From Candidatus Multivoradales bacterium (lineage in GTDB: Bacteria; Acidobacteriota; Thermoanaerobaculia; Multivoradales; JAHEKO01): a stretch of 64,000 bases of DNA. Numbering within the stretch: the stretch's first letter is position 1; each line of letters starts with the position of its first letter. Made by a program: the position numbers and the translations under genes. Location of the stretch: NCBI GenBank assembly GCA_965248055.1, contig CBDFIJ010000004.1:1856001-1920000 (forward strand). The letters run 5' to 3'. Below are positions 1 through 10,883 of the stretch, piece after piece. The notes below the pieces were generated by a model. The model saw only the letters and a list, made by a program, of their open reading frames with translations. It searched no databases and had not been told where the DNA came from.

Positions 1-117
1 CAACATCCCGAATGGGGTGCAGTGGATATTCGAACCACTTGCGGCATCTACGCCTGGCATGGCCGTCATCATTTGGCCCACATAACCCAAACCATCGAGC
101 GCCAAGGGTGGATCTGA
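1..117 (+). CDS. C-terminal fragment of a YfiT/BstA-like DinB-family metal-dependent thiol transferase (5' end outside window)
   Basis: Frame 1 reads QHPEWGAVDIRTTCGIYAWHGRHHLAHITQTIERQGWI*; the YAWHGRHHLAHI motif is typical of YfiT-type proteins. Confidence 0.75.
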   Translation, partial: QHPEWGAVDIRTTCGIYAWHGRHHLAHITQTIERQGWI

Positions 118-196
118 TCCGAGCTATCGACACATGGTACACAATGGCATCGCTCAGAATCGCAACGTACTGAAGACGGCAACCTAAAGAAAGACA

Positions 197-607
197 ATGC
201 ACAGAGTCACTATCCCAGTTTTGGTGGTGATCCACTTGGTTGCCATCGCCTGGCACGGCGAGGCGCACATAGCTCTGGCCATCGACCTACCTGCAGCCAA
301 AGATCTGTTCGTCTACACAGTGATTCTCGGGCTTCCGATCTTGGCTGCCATCTTGGTTCAAACCAAGCGCTTTCGGGTCTTTGGAGTGGCGGTCTTCTCA
401 GGAGCAATGTTCGCGTCTTTCTTGTTTGCTGGCTACCACCACTACGTCCTGATCTCACCCGATCACATTGCCCATCTGCCAACCGGGTCTGCAAATGTGA
501 CCCAGTCCTTTCTCGATAGCGCCGCTGTGATCGGCTTTCTCGATGCTTCGTTCTCGGTCTATGGCGCTTTTGCCGTGGGTCGTCTTACTGCAATCGATCG
601 AGGCTAG
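197..607 (+). CDS. Hypothetical membrane protein (about 4 TM, His-rich)
   Basis: 136-aa ORF with four hydrophobic segments. Confidence 0.65.
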   Translation: MHRVTIPVLVVIHLVAIAWHGEAHIALAIDLPAAKDLFVYTVILGLPILAAILVQTKRFRVFGVAVFSGAMFASFLFAGYHHYVLISPDHIAHLPTGSANVTQSFLDSAAVIGFLDASFSVYGAFAVGRLTAIDRG

Positions 608-640
608 GTCGCTTCAGAAGCCGCTCCCCCCCTCTGGCCC

Positions 641-1504
641 ATGCGCTGCGCCTTCCTCACCACCGACAAGGACGGCCTAACCGACGATGATCAACTCGCT
701 GCGACCTTGATCAGCGACCTGGGCGGTCGAGTGACCCCAGTGGCTTGGCAGGCGGCCGACACAAACTGGTCCGCTTACGACCGAGTAGTGGTCCGCTCCA
801 CCTGGGACTACCACCTTGATAGCGAGGAATTTATGAACCGGCTGGCTGAGATCGAGGAAAGCGGAGTGGATCTGCGTAACCCCTTGGAGTTGATCCGCTG
901 GAACGTACCAAAGACATACCTTCAAGACTTGCAGACGAGTGGAATCTCGATTGTTCCCACGGTTTGGCGAGAGGGATTGAAGCCAGGGGATCTGAATGCC
1001 TTGATCAAAGAAGTTGGTACAGAGCAGGTGATTCTCAAGCCGGTGGTTAGCGCCAGCGCCGAAGGACTGGTGGTGGTCGAGTCGAAGATGGTGGACGAGG
1101 TCAGGCCGGGAGTCGAGAGGTCTTTCTCTGAACGACCCTTGATGGCACAACCGTTTGTTGACGCCGTGACGACCGAGGGAGAGTTTTCTCTGGTCTATTT
1201 TGACGGCCATTTTAGTCACGGAGTGGTCAAGAAACCTCAAGCCGGTGACTTTCGGGTACAACAAGATTTCGGCGGCCGCAGCCGCGCCGTTGATCCTGAA
1301 CCAGCCTTGTTAGAAACCGCCAATCAAATACTGGCTACGCTACCCACAATACCCACCTACTCCCGCGTCGATCTCGCTCGCTCCAACCACGGTGATAATT
1401 TCTGGCTTATGGAACTGGAACTGATTGAGCCCGAGTTGTTCCTGGGGTCCGATCCGCAAGCAGCCAGGCGATTCGCCCAAGCGGTCATCACGGAACGACG
1501 TTGA
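641..1504 (+). CDS. ATP-grasp protein (RimK/glutathione-synthetase-like ligase)
   Basis: VVRSTWDYH, LKPVVSASA, GDFRVQ, RVD and LMELELIEPELF motifs. Confidence 0.8.
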   Translation: MRCAFLTTDKDGLTDDDQLAATLISDLGGRVTPVAWQAADTNWSAYDRVVVRSTWDYHLDSEEFMNRLAEIEESGVDLRNPLELIRWNVPKTYLQDLQTSGISIVPTVWREGLKPGDLNALIKEVGTEQVILKPVVSASAEGLVVVESKMVDEVRPGVERSFSERPLMAQPFVDAVTTEGEFSLVYFDGHFSHGVVKKPQAGDFRVQQDFGGRSRAVDPEPALLETANQILATLPTIPTYSRVDLARSNHGDNFWLMELELIEPELFLGSDPQAARRFAQAVITERR

Positions 1505-1917
1505 TGCCCAGCGCGGGTTATTCAGCAACGCCTCTGGCGAAAAAACTGGGGATCAAGCAAGGGTCTCGCGTTCGCACCTCAAACGCGCCCAATCACTACC
1601 TGGCTCTTCTCGACCCGATTCCATCGTCGGTGGTGATCTCCAACCGGCTACGCACCGAAATTGACCTTTGGCATCTCTTTACTGTTTCGAGAAAGCAACT
1701 CCAAAATCAGTTGCCGAACCTGCGCAACCAGATTCGACAGAACGGCATGATCTGGGTTTCTTGGCCCAAAAAGGCATCCAAGGTTGCTACCGACGTCACC
1801 GAAGACACGATCCGCAAGATCGCCCTGCCATTGGGGCTAGTGGACGTCAAAGTCTGTGCTGTCAATGAAGTTTGGTCCGGGCTCAAGTTGGTCATCCGCA
1901 AAGAACTGCGAACCTAA
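1504..1917 (+). CDS. DUF3052-family protein
   Basis: AGYSATPLAKKLGIK, IWVSWPKKAS and GLVDVKVCAV..WSGLKLV signature; ATG overlaps upstream stop. Confidence 0.8.
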   Translation: MPSAGYSATPLAKKLGIKQGSRVRTSNAPNHYLALLDPIPSSVVISNRLRTEIDLWHLFTVSRKQLQNQLPNLRNQIRQNGMIWVSWPKKASKVATDVTEDTIRKIALPLGLVDVKVCAVNEVWSGLKLVIRKELRT

Positions 1918-1956
1918 GACTTGATTATCCCTGCCGGAAACAAATCTCAGGGCGTA

Positions 1957-4383
1957 TCAAGGACAGGGGGTTAGATGAACGGAAAAGTTCGCGCCGTTGG
2001 CAACCGTGAATCCGTTCTCCATCATCACCACATTGCCAGCCCCGAATTCGACCGTTTCGGCAACACCAACGGTGTACCCGGAGCCAGCGGTAATCGAGTT
2101 GGTGGCACGAAAAAAGGTACCCGACCCATTGTCTACCAACGCGAGGTTGATGTCTGTGACACAACCGCAAGTAAACAGATTCACGTCATCAACAAACCAA
2201 CCATAGTCATCGAAGATGCTGTCGGTCCCGACGTTAAACCGATAGTGGAAATTGGTTCCTGCGAGTGAACTCAAATCAATCTGGGTGGCGGTAAACCCCC
2301 AGCTCTCACCGACAAACGCCGATTGTCCGCCCAATGGATTGCCAAAGCTGTTGCTCACCGTTCCGCCATAGGCTTGGCCTGCCAAGATCAAGCCACCTGC
2401 GTCAGTCCATGTTGATCCACCGTTGGTGCTGTACTCAACGACTCCGCCGTCCCAGTAAGTGGTCGGGAAGGTATTCTCAAAGCCAAAGGAATGATTGAAC
2501 TGCAAGCGAGCATTGGCCGGCAGCGGGTTGGCTCCGGCAAAAGACTGAATCAAGCTGCCGGTGGTCGGTCGGTTGTAGCCCCAAGCGCTGGTGGTGCCGC
2601 TGGTGGCAAATGGGCCCAACAAGCTGTTGGTGCCATTGGCGCACCATGCTGTCGGCAGAGCTCCACCGGGGCACGCTGCCAGCCCTCCACCACCCGAGAA
2701 ATCCTGCGTCGACAACGTAGTCAAGGTCACTCCTGGGTCGCAAAATGCCGGCACCTCCGCTTGGGTCGGTGGAGTACACGACCAGGGGTCGTTCATCTCA
2801 ACTGCAAGTAGAGACTTACCCACTTCGGCACAGTCTGAACCGGTAATTCCGGCGGTACCGACCAGATCCAAGCAAGATTGAAACAACGCATTGTAGTTAT
2901 CTAAAAAATCGGAAGCAGAAGTTAAGTACTGGGAGAGAGCACGGTACTGAACCTTCCCTGCCTTAGTGAGTCCGATACCGGCCACGGTAAAGCCGTTGTA
3001 GGTGCCTCCATCCACCATCAAAGCGTAAGCGTGGTTGGGAATGCCGCTGTTGGTATGCACTCCTCCTTGGTCCTCAAACTGACCTCCTCCTCCGTTACAA
3101 ACGAGTTCATCGCTCATTTTGCCCGGATCTTCGTAAGTTGAAGGATCCATCATGTCGCGGATAGCTCCGATATCCTCACCCAGAAGCCAGCGGTTTTCGG
3201 CTCCGCCAGCACCTCCAGTATTGGTCAAATCTACCGTCTCGCCAAAAATGTCAGAGTACGATTCATTCAAAGCGCCACTCTGCATGTAATAGAACAGATT
3301 CGCGGTCCGCTCGGTGACCGCGTGGGTGAGTTCGTGGGCAACCACATCATCGGCAACCGGGAATCCGTCGCCGTAAACCATTTGGCTACCGTTCCAAAAC
3401 GCATTAGCAAAAGGGCAACTCCCGGCGTCCGGGCAAAAATGAACCGACGAAACCAATGTGGCGCCCGCGTCATCATAACTATCTCGTCCGTGCTCGGTGA
3501 AAAAATAGTCGTAGGTGTCGCCCGAATACGTATAGGCCAAGTCAGTATCGCTATCGCCAGTGGCGGCGCCCCCTTCACTGCGCACAAGAGCTCCGGGCAG
3601 TGTGTCGTAGACCCCATCGCCAGGATCGTCGGCATCGTAGATCTTGCGATCTTTGGCATCGGTCAGTTGGCTGAATTGCAACAGCTTCTTCCCGGCTAAG
3701 GCGTCGATCCAGATGAACTCTCTTAAATTCACTTTTCGCGCTTCGATGAACCAAGCGAGTCGGGTCGCTGATGTCCGTTGGCTGAGGTGGCCTTTGTTGA
3801 GCAGTTCTAATCTAGGCTCACTCAACGTCGCGCCGATAACGCCCATTTCTTCCGTAAGCAATTCGCTGGCAATTTCGGCCACACGCTGAGGCGAAATCCT
3901 TGGAGTTACCTCTACATCGCCAAAATCCACCACCGCTTTGGCGTTCGCCGCCACAACCCCAGAACCCCTCAGATGCACGATCACCTCGCCACCCGTGATC
4001 GGCACACCCTGATGCGTTTGCCGAAAACGCACGTGTTCCATACCCACTTGGTCGAAGCCTGACACCCCTTCGACGACAAGATCTTCTGCTGCTACGCCAA
4101 AGGCTGAGCCGAACCGCGAAACGAATTCTAGGGCGCGCTCGTTCGCCGGTGCAGCAATATCAGCCCGAACCGCGATCGACTGACCTGGTTGGGTGGAGAC
4201 GAAGGTGATAAAGCCGGTCCTATCCGAAACGGTGGTCCTTACGCCGCCCCGTGCATCGATCTCCATTTGATCGATCAGATCGGCGACCCGAGCCGATCTT
4301 CCCTGCGCGGCAAGTGAGGTTCCAATCGCGGAAAACAGGCAGCATACGATCGCCACCGACAATGCTCGATTCACTTTGTACAT
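1957..4383 (-). CDS. Secreted M4 (thermolysin-family) metallopeptidase with FTP/PepSY propeptide and C-terminal beta-sandwich extensions
   Basis: NAFWNG, HELTH, GALNESYSD and GVHTNSGIPN motifs; signal peptide from ATG 4383 (MYKVNRALSVAIV...). Confidence 0.9.
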   Translation of the reverse strand: MYKVNRALSVAIVCCLFSAIGTSLAAQGRSARVADLIDQMEIDARGGVRTTVSDRTGFITFVSTQPGQSIAVRADIAAPANERALEFVSRFGSAFGVAAEDLVVEGVSGFDQVGMEHVRFRQTHQGVPITGGEVIVHLRGSGVVAANAKAVVDFGDVEVTPRISPQRVAEIASELLTEEMGVIGATLSEPRLELLNKGHLSQRTSATRLAWFIEARKVNLREFIWIDALAGKKLLQFSQLTDAKDRKIYDADDPGDGVYDTLPGALVRSEGGAATGDSDTDLAYTYSGDTYDYFFTEHGRDSYDDAGATLVSSVHFCPDAGSCPFANAFWNGSQMVYGDGFPVADDVVAHELTHAVTERTANLFYYMQSGALNESYSDIFGETVDLTNTGGAGGAENRWLLGEDIGAIRDMMDPSTYEDPGKMSDELVCNGGGGQFEDQGGVHTNSGIPNHAYALMVDGGTYNGFTVAGIGLTKAGKVQYRALSQYLTSASDFLDNYNALFQSCLDLVGTAGITGSDCAEVGKSLLAVEMNDPWSCTPPTQAEVPAFCDPGVTLTTLSTQDFSGGGGLAACPGGALPTAWCANGTNSLLGPFATSGTTSAWGYNRPTTGSLIQSFAGANPLPANARLQFNHSFGFENTFPTTYWDGGVVEYSTNGGSTWTDAGGLILAGQAYGGTVSNSFGNPLGGQSAFVGESWGFTATQIDLSSLAGTNFHYRFNVGTDSIFDDYGWFVDDVNLFTCGCVTDINLALVDNGSGTFFRATNSITAGSGYTVGVAETVEFGAGNVVMMENGFTVANGANFSVHLTPCP

Positions 4384-4504
4384 ATTTCTTAGCCCCTCAA
4401 GAAAAGTCAACATCGGCCAACCTAGCAAACTTGAACCGAAGCGTGCTTCTCCCAGAAAACGTTGCTGCACGCCCAAATCGTAGCATCCAAATCCCGTCTA
4501 GCTA

Positions 4505-5733
4505 CTAATTTGTCGGGGTGGCGGGTTGACTTGCGTCCATCGCCGAAGGGTCAGACAGAGCGAGAAGAAGTTGAATCAGGTCTGCTTTCTCTTCCCCGCT
4601 GAGATCGAAACCACCGATCAAGGGACTCTTATGGGGATTGTGCTCGCCTGCACCACGACCCCCGGCAGCGTAGAACTCAAGGACCTCTTCCAAGCTCTCA
4701 ACACTGCCATCGTGCATATAGGGAGCGGTGTACTCAACGTTGCGCAGGGTCGGTGCCCGAAACCGACCCATGTCGTTACTCCGACCGGTCTGTTCAAGTA
4801 ATCCTCGACCACCGATCGGATACGCACCTTGTCCATCTAGGTCGTAGAGACCAGTGTTGTGGAAGACCTCCGGATGTTCCGGTCTTTGTTTTCGTCTCGC
4901 TGCGCCGTCCTCATACTGCCGCTGAAAAGCGGAGCTCTATGGCACTCTGAGCAGCGCGTACGATCCGAGAAGAATAACTCCATACCGCGCTGCGCCGAGC
5001 GGCTTAGCGCTTCCTTTTGGTCCCAGAAGACGTACCGGTCGTAGGCTGAGTTCCCCGAGAGGATGGTCCTTACGAACGACGCCAGCGCTTTGCGAATATG
5101 GAGCCAGCGAATGGGTCGTCGAGAGTTGGGGAATGCAGCCCGAAACCCAGCTTGGTATTCCGCGTCGCTTTTCAGTTTCTTCAGCACCTGGTCCCGGTTC
5201 CCAGCAAGGCCCAGTTCCACCGGATCTCGATTGAACATCGGCACCAGGACTTGGTCCTCCAGTCGTGTGGTTTTTGAGTCAGCCCAATTGAAACTCTGGT
5301 TGTAAGCCACGTTGACTAGACTCATCGCACTGCGCGGATGTTGTTCACCGGTCGATCCAACCGATCTGGCGAGACCGTCGGTGAATGCCAACTCTGGTCG
5401 ATGGCAACTGGCGCAGGAATAGGTTTGATTGCCAGAAAGGCGGGTGTCGTAGAACAGGCGACGACCAAGCTCGACTTTCGCTTGTGACATTGGGTTGTCC
5501 CGAGGCACAAACGGTACCGGGAAACCCGCCGGGAGATCCCAGGTGTAATTGCCCGAGTCTTTCTCTACGTCAACTCGCCTAGATGTCAAACACGCGGTGG
5601 ACAGGACGCTCAGCAATGCAACGCTAATGATCCTCGTCCCTCGCAGGAATTTGAGCAGTGTTACCAGTTGTCGGAAGAGTCGACCAATAGCGACGCTGTC
5701 TGGTTGGCGACTTGAGCCCGTTTTTTCACCCAT
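4505..5733 (-). pseudogene. Di-haem cytochrome c peroxidase/MauG (MbnH-like) protein, split by a frameshift near 4880-4900
   Basis: Two CxxCH motifs (CASCH, CSECH) and ELGRRLFYD in ORF 4837..5733; the shifted frame continues ..EVFHNTGLYDLDGQGAYP..DMGRFRAPTLRNVEYTAPYMHDGS; true start probably downstream of 5733. Confidence 0.8.
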
Positions 5734-6317
5734 GCACCAAACTCTACGACTTCGGCTCCTGGTTTATCCTGTTGACTGAGCCAGGTCTGCGCCGCCTTGA
5801 TCAATTGATCGGCTTTTTCGCGGTCGGAACGAAACAGCTCCATGTACGCAGCTTTAACTTCATCAAGCCGACCCAAGCCCAGGTAGGCTTCAGCGCGGTA
5901 CTCGATCGCTTCGGTGTAGAGCGGATTTAGGGTGAGAGCTTGATTGTAGGCGTTGATGGATTGGTCGAATTGCCCCGTCTTGCGCAACACGTATCCCAAA
6001 CTGCTGTGCGCTTGGTACATGCGCGGGTCGGCTTTGAGCGCGACACGCAAGGTATTTTCCATTTTCTTGTACTTGGACGCCGCTTTTTTGAGCAGTTTCT
6101 CGGCTGCTTCCGGATCTTCCCCTGCGCGTGCTTCCAGTTTCCAAGCTTGATCCCGAAAGTGTAAAGCGCGGTTGTAGCTGTCTTCTGCGGTGGCAGTCGG
6201 ATTCTCTGTTGCAGGGGCAGTGGAAGATGGGGTTTTGGATCCACCGGCAGCTTGAAGGGTGGCTGCCGCGAGCGCAATGGCCAGAATCCAACCTAGGGTG
6301 AAATTTATCTGTTTCAT
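5661..6317 (-). CDS. Secreted tetratricopeptide-repeat protein
   Basis: AGGAG RBS before ATG 6317; signal peptide; TPR-like segments (AHSSLGYVLRKTGQFDQSINAYNQALTLNP). Confidence 0.8.
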   Translation of the reverse strand: MKQINFTLGWILAIALAAATLQAAGGSKTPSSTAPATENPTATAEDSYNRALHFRDQAWKLEARAGEDPEAAEKLLKKAASKYKKMENTLRVALKADPRMYQAHSSLGYVLRKTGQFDQSINAYNQALTLNPLYTEAIEYRAEAYLGLGRLDEVKAAYMELFRSDREKADQLIKAAQTWLSQQDKPGAEVVEFGAWVKKRAQVANQTASLLVDSSDNW

Positions 6318-6517
6318 GTTCTTGTCTCCTGGTACCGATGGTCGTAGCCTCGCTTGGCGAGCGCCAACGATACCGCTAGTACGCTCTTCAGCCCACCTTT
6401 GGTTCTGCAATCTTGGTGTTCACCGCTCGTCTCCTGGCTCTATTGCTGGTAGGGTTTCACTTCCTGCTCAGGACGCCTGAGCAACCTCAAGACAATTATT
6501 CCCCGGAGACGCTCGCA

Positions 6518-8326
6518 ATGGATACTTCTGTCCGCACAGACTTACGCAACTTGGCAATTATCGCCCACGTCGACCACGGCAAAACTACGCTGGTCGACTC
6601 CATGCTTTGGCAAAGCGGCACCTTCGGCGACCATGAACATGTGCAAGAACGGGTGATGGACTCGATCGACCTGGAGCGTGAGAAGGGCATCACGATCATG
6701 GCCAAGAATACGGCCATCACCTACGACGGCACCCGCATCAACATCGTCGACACGCCGGGTCATGCTGACTTCGGTGGCGAAGTCGAACGGACCCTCAAGC
6801 TGGTCGATGGCGTCTTGCTGTTGGTGGACGCCAGCGAAGGGCCGCTGCCGCAGACGCGTTTTGTCTTGCGCAAAGCCCTAGAGGCGGGGCTGCCGCCAAT
6901 CGTGGTTATCAACAAGATCGACCGCGACGACGCTCGCATCGCCGAAGTGGTAGATGAAGTCTACGACCTGTTTATCGACCTGGATGCCACCGAAGAACAA
7001 CTCGACTTTCCAGTGCTCTACTCAATCGCTCGGGATGGTGTCTGCCGCACCGAAGCAGATGGCGAGAACCAAACACTGAAGCCGTTATTCGATCAGATTC
7101 TTGCCAGCGTACCCCCACCGCAGTACCACCCGGGGCACCCGTTGCAGATGTTGATCACCACCTTAGGTTACGATGATTTCGTCGGTCGCTTGGGGATCGG
7201 GAGAGTCTTTGAAGGGGAAATCGCCCAAGGGCAGCGCATCGCACGCTGCCGGTTCGACGGTTCGATTGAAGACCTCAAGGTGTCCCATCTCTACGGTTAC
7301 GACGGACTAAAACGGGTGGCGATCGACAAAGCAGGCCCGGGAGACATCGTTGGGGTCGCTGGGTTTGATGAGGTGGTGATCGGTGAGACCTTGAGTGACC
7401 TTGAGGATCCTCGCCCGCTGCCACCGATCCAGATCGACGAACCCACCTTGTCGATGGTGTTCTCGGTCAATGACTCTCCGGTTGCCGGAAAAGAAGGCAA
7501 GCACGTCACCAGCAACAAGCTGCGAGAACGGTTGCGGCGCGAGACCTGGACCAACGTTTCAATCCGCGTCGAGGAAGCCGAGGGCGGCTCCGGTTTTGTG
7601 GTCGCAGGCCGTGGTGAACTGCAGTTGGCGATTCTGATCGAGATGATGCGCCGCGAAGACTACGAGTTCTCCGTCGGCAAGCCGGAAGTGATCACCCGCA
7701 GGGACGAGAACGGCGCTCTGTTGGAGCCAATGGAGCGGCTGATCGTTGACTGCCCGGAAGAATTCGTCGGCGCGGTGACTCAGAATCTTGGGCCACGCCG
7801 CGGTCGCATGATGTTGATGACCAACCACGGCAGCGGTCGGGTCAAGATCGAGTTCATTGTTCCCTCACGCGGCCTGATCGGTTTCCGTACTGAGTTTCTG
7901 ACCGAGACCAAAGGTACTGGGATCATGAATCAGCTGTTTGAAGAATTCGGCCCCTGGCAAGGAGACATTCCCCAGCGCACCACCGGAGCATTGATCTCGG
8001 ATCGGACCGGACGAGTAACCGCGTTTGCCGTTGACCATCTGCAACCGCGTGGGATCTTTTTCGTCGCCCCCAACGATCAGGTCTATGAAGGGATGGTGGT
8101 TGGAGAGCACTCTCGCCCAGATGACTTAGACGTCAACATCACCAAGGAAAAGAAACTCACCAATATGCGCGCTGCTTCGGCCGATGACTTCGTGCGCCTG
8201 GTCCCGCCGACCATCTTGAGCCTGGAGCAGGCAATCGAGTTCATCGCCGAGGATGAACAGATCGAAGTCACGCCTAAAGCCTTCCGTTTGCGTAAACGAA
8301 TTCTCAAGGCCAATCAACGCAAGTAG
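6518..8326 (+). CDS. typA: Translational GTPase TypA/BipA
   Basis: [19 protein letters not shown]-like [24 protein letters not shown], and C-terminal [16 protein letters not shown]. Confidence 0.95.
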   Translation: MDTSVRTDLRNLAIIAHVDHGKTTLVDSMLWQSGTFGDHEHVQERVMDSIDLEREKGITIMAKNTAITYDGTRINIVDTPGHADFGGEVERTLKLVDGVLLLVDASEGPLPQTRFVLRKALEAGLPPIVVINKIDRDDARIAEVVDEVYDLFIDLDATEEQLDFPVLYSIARDGVCRTEADGENQTLKPLFDQILASVPPPQYHPGHPLQMLITTLGYDDFVGRLGIGRVFEGEIAQGQRIARCRFDGSIEDLKVSHLYGYDGLKRVAIDKAGPGDIVGVAGFDEVVIGETLSDLEDPRPLPPIQIDEPTLSMVFSVNDSPVAGKEGKHVTSNKLRERLRRETWTNVSIRVEEAEGGSGFVVAGRGELQLAILIEMMRREDYEFSVGKPEVITRRDENGALLEPMERLIVDCPEEFVGAVTQNLGPRRGRMMLMTNHGSGRVKIEFIVPSRGLIGFRTEFLTETKGTGIMNQLFEEFGPWQGDIPQRTTGALISDRTGRVTAFAVDHLQPRGIFFVAPNDQVYEGMVVGEHSRPDDLDVNITKEKKLTNMRAASADDFVRLVPPTILSLEQAIEFIAEDEQIEVTPKAFRLRKRILKANQRK

Positions 8327-8342
8327 CGATAGCATCGCGGCT

Positions 8343-8714
8343 ATGAGAAACCAATCTCGTCGCCTCGTTCTTGCGGTCACCGCCGTCGCGTTCTTCTTCC
8401 TGGCTTGCAACAAGACCCTGGAAGCTCCACCCGTGGAAGTTGAGTATCGCGACTCTCTACTCGGCATCGGCAAGATCGTGCGCGTCACAAACCAACACAG
8501 TGAAGCCCTCACCAACCTGGTTATCCGCATCGAGAATCCTAACCACGACATCAAGCACCACACCCTCGCAAGTCTCCCGGTCGGAGAAACCTATGAACTG
8601 GGCTGGAAGAAGTTGGATGGCTTTCAGGTCGAGGTCGGCGCTGAGGTGACGATTCGCAGTGAGGGGTTCATCATTCCTCACAAGGTACAACTGCAAGCAA
8701 CTTCTGAGGAGTAG
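8343..8714 (+). CDS. Hypothetical lipoprotein
   Basis: MRNQSRRLVLAVTAVAFFFLAC lipobox-like N-terminus. Confidence 0.65.
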   Translation: MRNQSRRLVLAVTAVAFFFLACNKTLEAPPVEVEYRDSLLGIGKIVRVTNQHSEALTNLVIRIENPNHDIKHHTLASLPVGETYELGWKKLDGFQVEVGAEVTIRSEGFIIPHKVQLQATSEE

Positions 8715-8716
8715 GG

Positions 8717-9544
8717 ATGGGCAACATGACTCCACCTACTTTTGACTTCGGCAGCGGCTCCGTCTCTCAGGACTACGACGATGTCTTGGTTCCGCTGCTG
8801 TTTACCCCTTGGGCAGAACGCTTGATCAATAGTGCCGGCAACCTCAACGGTTATTCCGTACTAGATCTGGCAACCGGCACCGGTATCGTGGCGCAAACAC
8901 TACCTGGCGCAGTCGGCAGCACGGGAACCGTGGTCGCAGCCGACATCAATCCTGAAATGTTGGCATTGGCCAAGAGACGTTGCCAGCAAACCAACCCTCA
9001 TGTGGAGTTCGTAGAGTCACCGGCGCACCCGCTGGTTGCTCCCTCAAGCTCGTTTGATGTTGTCTTCTGTCAGCAAGGGTTCCAGTTCTTTCCGGACCGA
9101 GCTCTTGCTGCCAAGGAGATTCACCGCGTTCTACGAAACGGCGGGCAGGTGTTGGCCTCAACTTGGTGCCCGGTGACGGATTGCCAAGTCTTTGGTGCAA
9201 TTACCACTGCTCTGCACCAATGTGGCGAACCTGAAATCGCCGAAATGATGCGCATACCCTTTGATTTCATGCCCGCTGATGAACTGGAGCGTCATTTCGT
9301 CGGCGCTGAGTTTGACGATGTCGCAATCGAGCGCCAGGAAATGGACATGGTGTTCCCTGACGGCCCTGAGCAAGCTTTTGCGCTTTCCTACGCAACGCCA
9401 ATTGGTCCCAAGTTACGATCACTGTCGCAGGACAAACAACAGCAGTTTCGCATCACTGTGCTGGACTTGATAGCACAAATGTCGCCACATGGTGGGACCC
9501 GGTCAGGAATGGTTTCCCACGTATTGACTGCGAGGAAAACGTAG
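8717..9544 (+). CDS. Class I SAM-dependent methyltransferase
   Basis: VLDLATGTG motif I, FDVVFCQQG, HRVLRNGG. Confidence 0.9.
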   Translation: MGNMTPPTFDFGSGSVSQDYDDVLVPLLFTPWAERLINSAGNLNGYSVLDLATGTGIVAQTLPGAVGSTGTVVAADINPEMLALAKRRCQQTNPHVEFVESPAHPLVAPSSSFDVVFCQQGFQFFPDRALAAKEIHRVLRNGGQVLASTWCPVTDCQVFGAITTALHQCGEPEIAEMMRIPFDFMPADELERHFVGAEFDDVAIERQEMDMVFPDGPEQAFALSYATPIGPKLRSLSQDKQQQFRITVLDLIAQMSPHGGTRSGMVSHVLTARKT

Positions 9545-9761
9545 TCAAAGACATCACTTCGCAGCAAGTTTGAGCACCTTGTAGACTAAAAACTAGCGGA
9601 TCATGTTTCGGGAGCCATTGGCTCGATCAATAGCGACTTGGTCAAGAACACCAACCTTAGAATTTGAAGAAATCTTAACCACTGCGCTCTTGCGCACAAG
9701 CCTCTGTCATTGAGACCAATGGTGGAGTTCTAATCTCGGAGCGGCGTCCAGGCGTAGGTTC

Positions 9762-9804
9762 TTGACATGGAGCTGCGCGTACTATTATTGTTGCCTAGGC
9801 AGCA
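9762..9804 (+). promoter_or_regulatory. Sigma70-like promoter overlapped by a MarR-type operator
   Basis: TTGACA at 9762, TATTGT at 9786; near-palindrome TGTTGCCTAGGCAGCA at 9789-9804. Confidence 0.6.
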
Positions 9805-9806
9805 TT

Positions 9807-10250
9807 GTGCGTAAATTCCCTTTGACTCCGCTTCGAGAGGCATATGCTTTTCGGCTAGGGCATATTAGCCGGTTACTCAGGCGTCGTTTGATTTCCGTTA
9901 TCACTCCCGTTGACTCAAATCTTTCGCCCGAGCAATTTGTGTTGATCATGCGCGTCGCCGAAGAGAATGGCGTGCCGCAATCCGAATTCGTCGACCCAGT
10001 CTTGGACGACCGCGCCAATATTACGAGGCAGGTCAAAGGGCTTGTGACGAGAGGGTTGGTGCGCGTCGATCATGATCTGGAAGATCAGCGTCGGAAGCGC
10101 GTGTATTTAACACCAGCAGGCCGCGTGCTTTTTGAAAGACTCGTGCCCCACGTCATTGAAACCCGTCACGCTTTGTTTGGCCAAATCCCCAAAAAGGATC
10201 TAGCCGTATTCTCACGAGTGCTGACCCATCTGGAACATTCACTCAGCTAG
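9807..10250 (+). CDS. MarR-family transcriptional regulator
   Basis: DRANITRQVKGL wHTH and DQRRKRVYLTPAG motifs; start codon uncertain. Confidence 0.9.
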   Translation: MRKFPLTPLREAYAFRLGHISRLLRRRLISVITPVDSNLSPEQFVLIMRVAEENGVPQSEFVDPVLDDRANITRQVKGLVTRGLVRVDHDLEDQRRKRVYLTPAGRVLFERLVPHVIETRHALFGQIPKKDLAVFSRVLTHLEHSLS

Positions 10251-10286
10251 CTAGGGACACCAAGTGGCCTTTTTTAATTTTCGTAA

Positions 10287-10302
10287 TGTTGCCTAGGCAA
10301 CA
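10287..10302. promoter_or_regulatory. Perfect 16-bp palindrome, second putative MarR operator
   Basis: TGTTGCCTAGGCAACA lies directly before the AAGGAG RBS of the next gene; 15/16 identical to 9789-9804. Confidence 0.7.
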
Positions 10303-10317
10303 AAAGGAGTAACCAAC

Positions 10318-10794
10318 ATGAAATCTCTACTAACCGCTACCATCATTGCTATTGGTTTGTTCGCCGAACAAGGAGCGACAGCCGAACCCACGGCGACGGC
10401 ACCAGAATGTGGTGAATCTGCCTCCCAGGACAGCAACGCAAAAGCCTCAATTAAAGAGGTGCTAGAAATCTACGCCGATGGCGAACATGAGCAACTATCC
10501 GAAGTTTTGGAAACGATACTTAGTCAATCATTCAGCATTTCTGTAATCATGAATGGGGAGTTAGTGAACATTCCTCGCCAAGCTTTTCTCGATGGGATCG
10601 AGACGGGCAAATTTGGCGGTGAAAATCGACTGCTCATAATCGGCGATATTGAACTCCATGGCAATACAGCTACAGCAACGATGCAGCTTAGAGGTGAACT
10701 TGCCAACTTTCACCATTTTCTGACGCTGGTCCTGATCGACGAGGAATGGACTATGGTTCACTCCCTGGCAACGCTAACAATGCACGAAAAGTAG
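10318..10794 (+). CDS. Secreted NTF2-like (SnoaL/lumazine-binding-like) protein
   Basis: Signal peptide; C-terminal GNTATA..FHHFLTLVLIDEEW beta-pattern of the NTF2-like fold. Confidence 0.65.
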   Translation: MKSLLTATIIAIGLFAEQGATAEPTATAPECGESASQDSNAKASIKEVLEIYADGEHEQLSEVLETILSQSFSISVIMNGELVNIPRQAFLDGIETGKFGGENRLLIIGDIELHGNTATATMQLRGELANFHHFLTLVLIDEEWTMVHSLATLTMHEK

Positions 10795-10883
10795 TTGATC
10801 AATCGTTCGACCTGACGAGCGCAACAGCACATAGGTTGACAGATTTCAGAACTTAAACTGAATCTGGCAGTAGAGTCTCTCTT

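Noticed and set aside
641-1504. ATP-grasp ligase as a graspetide RiPP enzyme
   Set aside because: No precursor-like peptide nearby; the motifs fit the common stand-alone family
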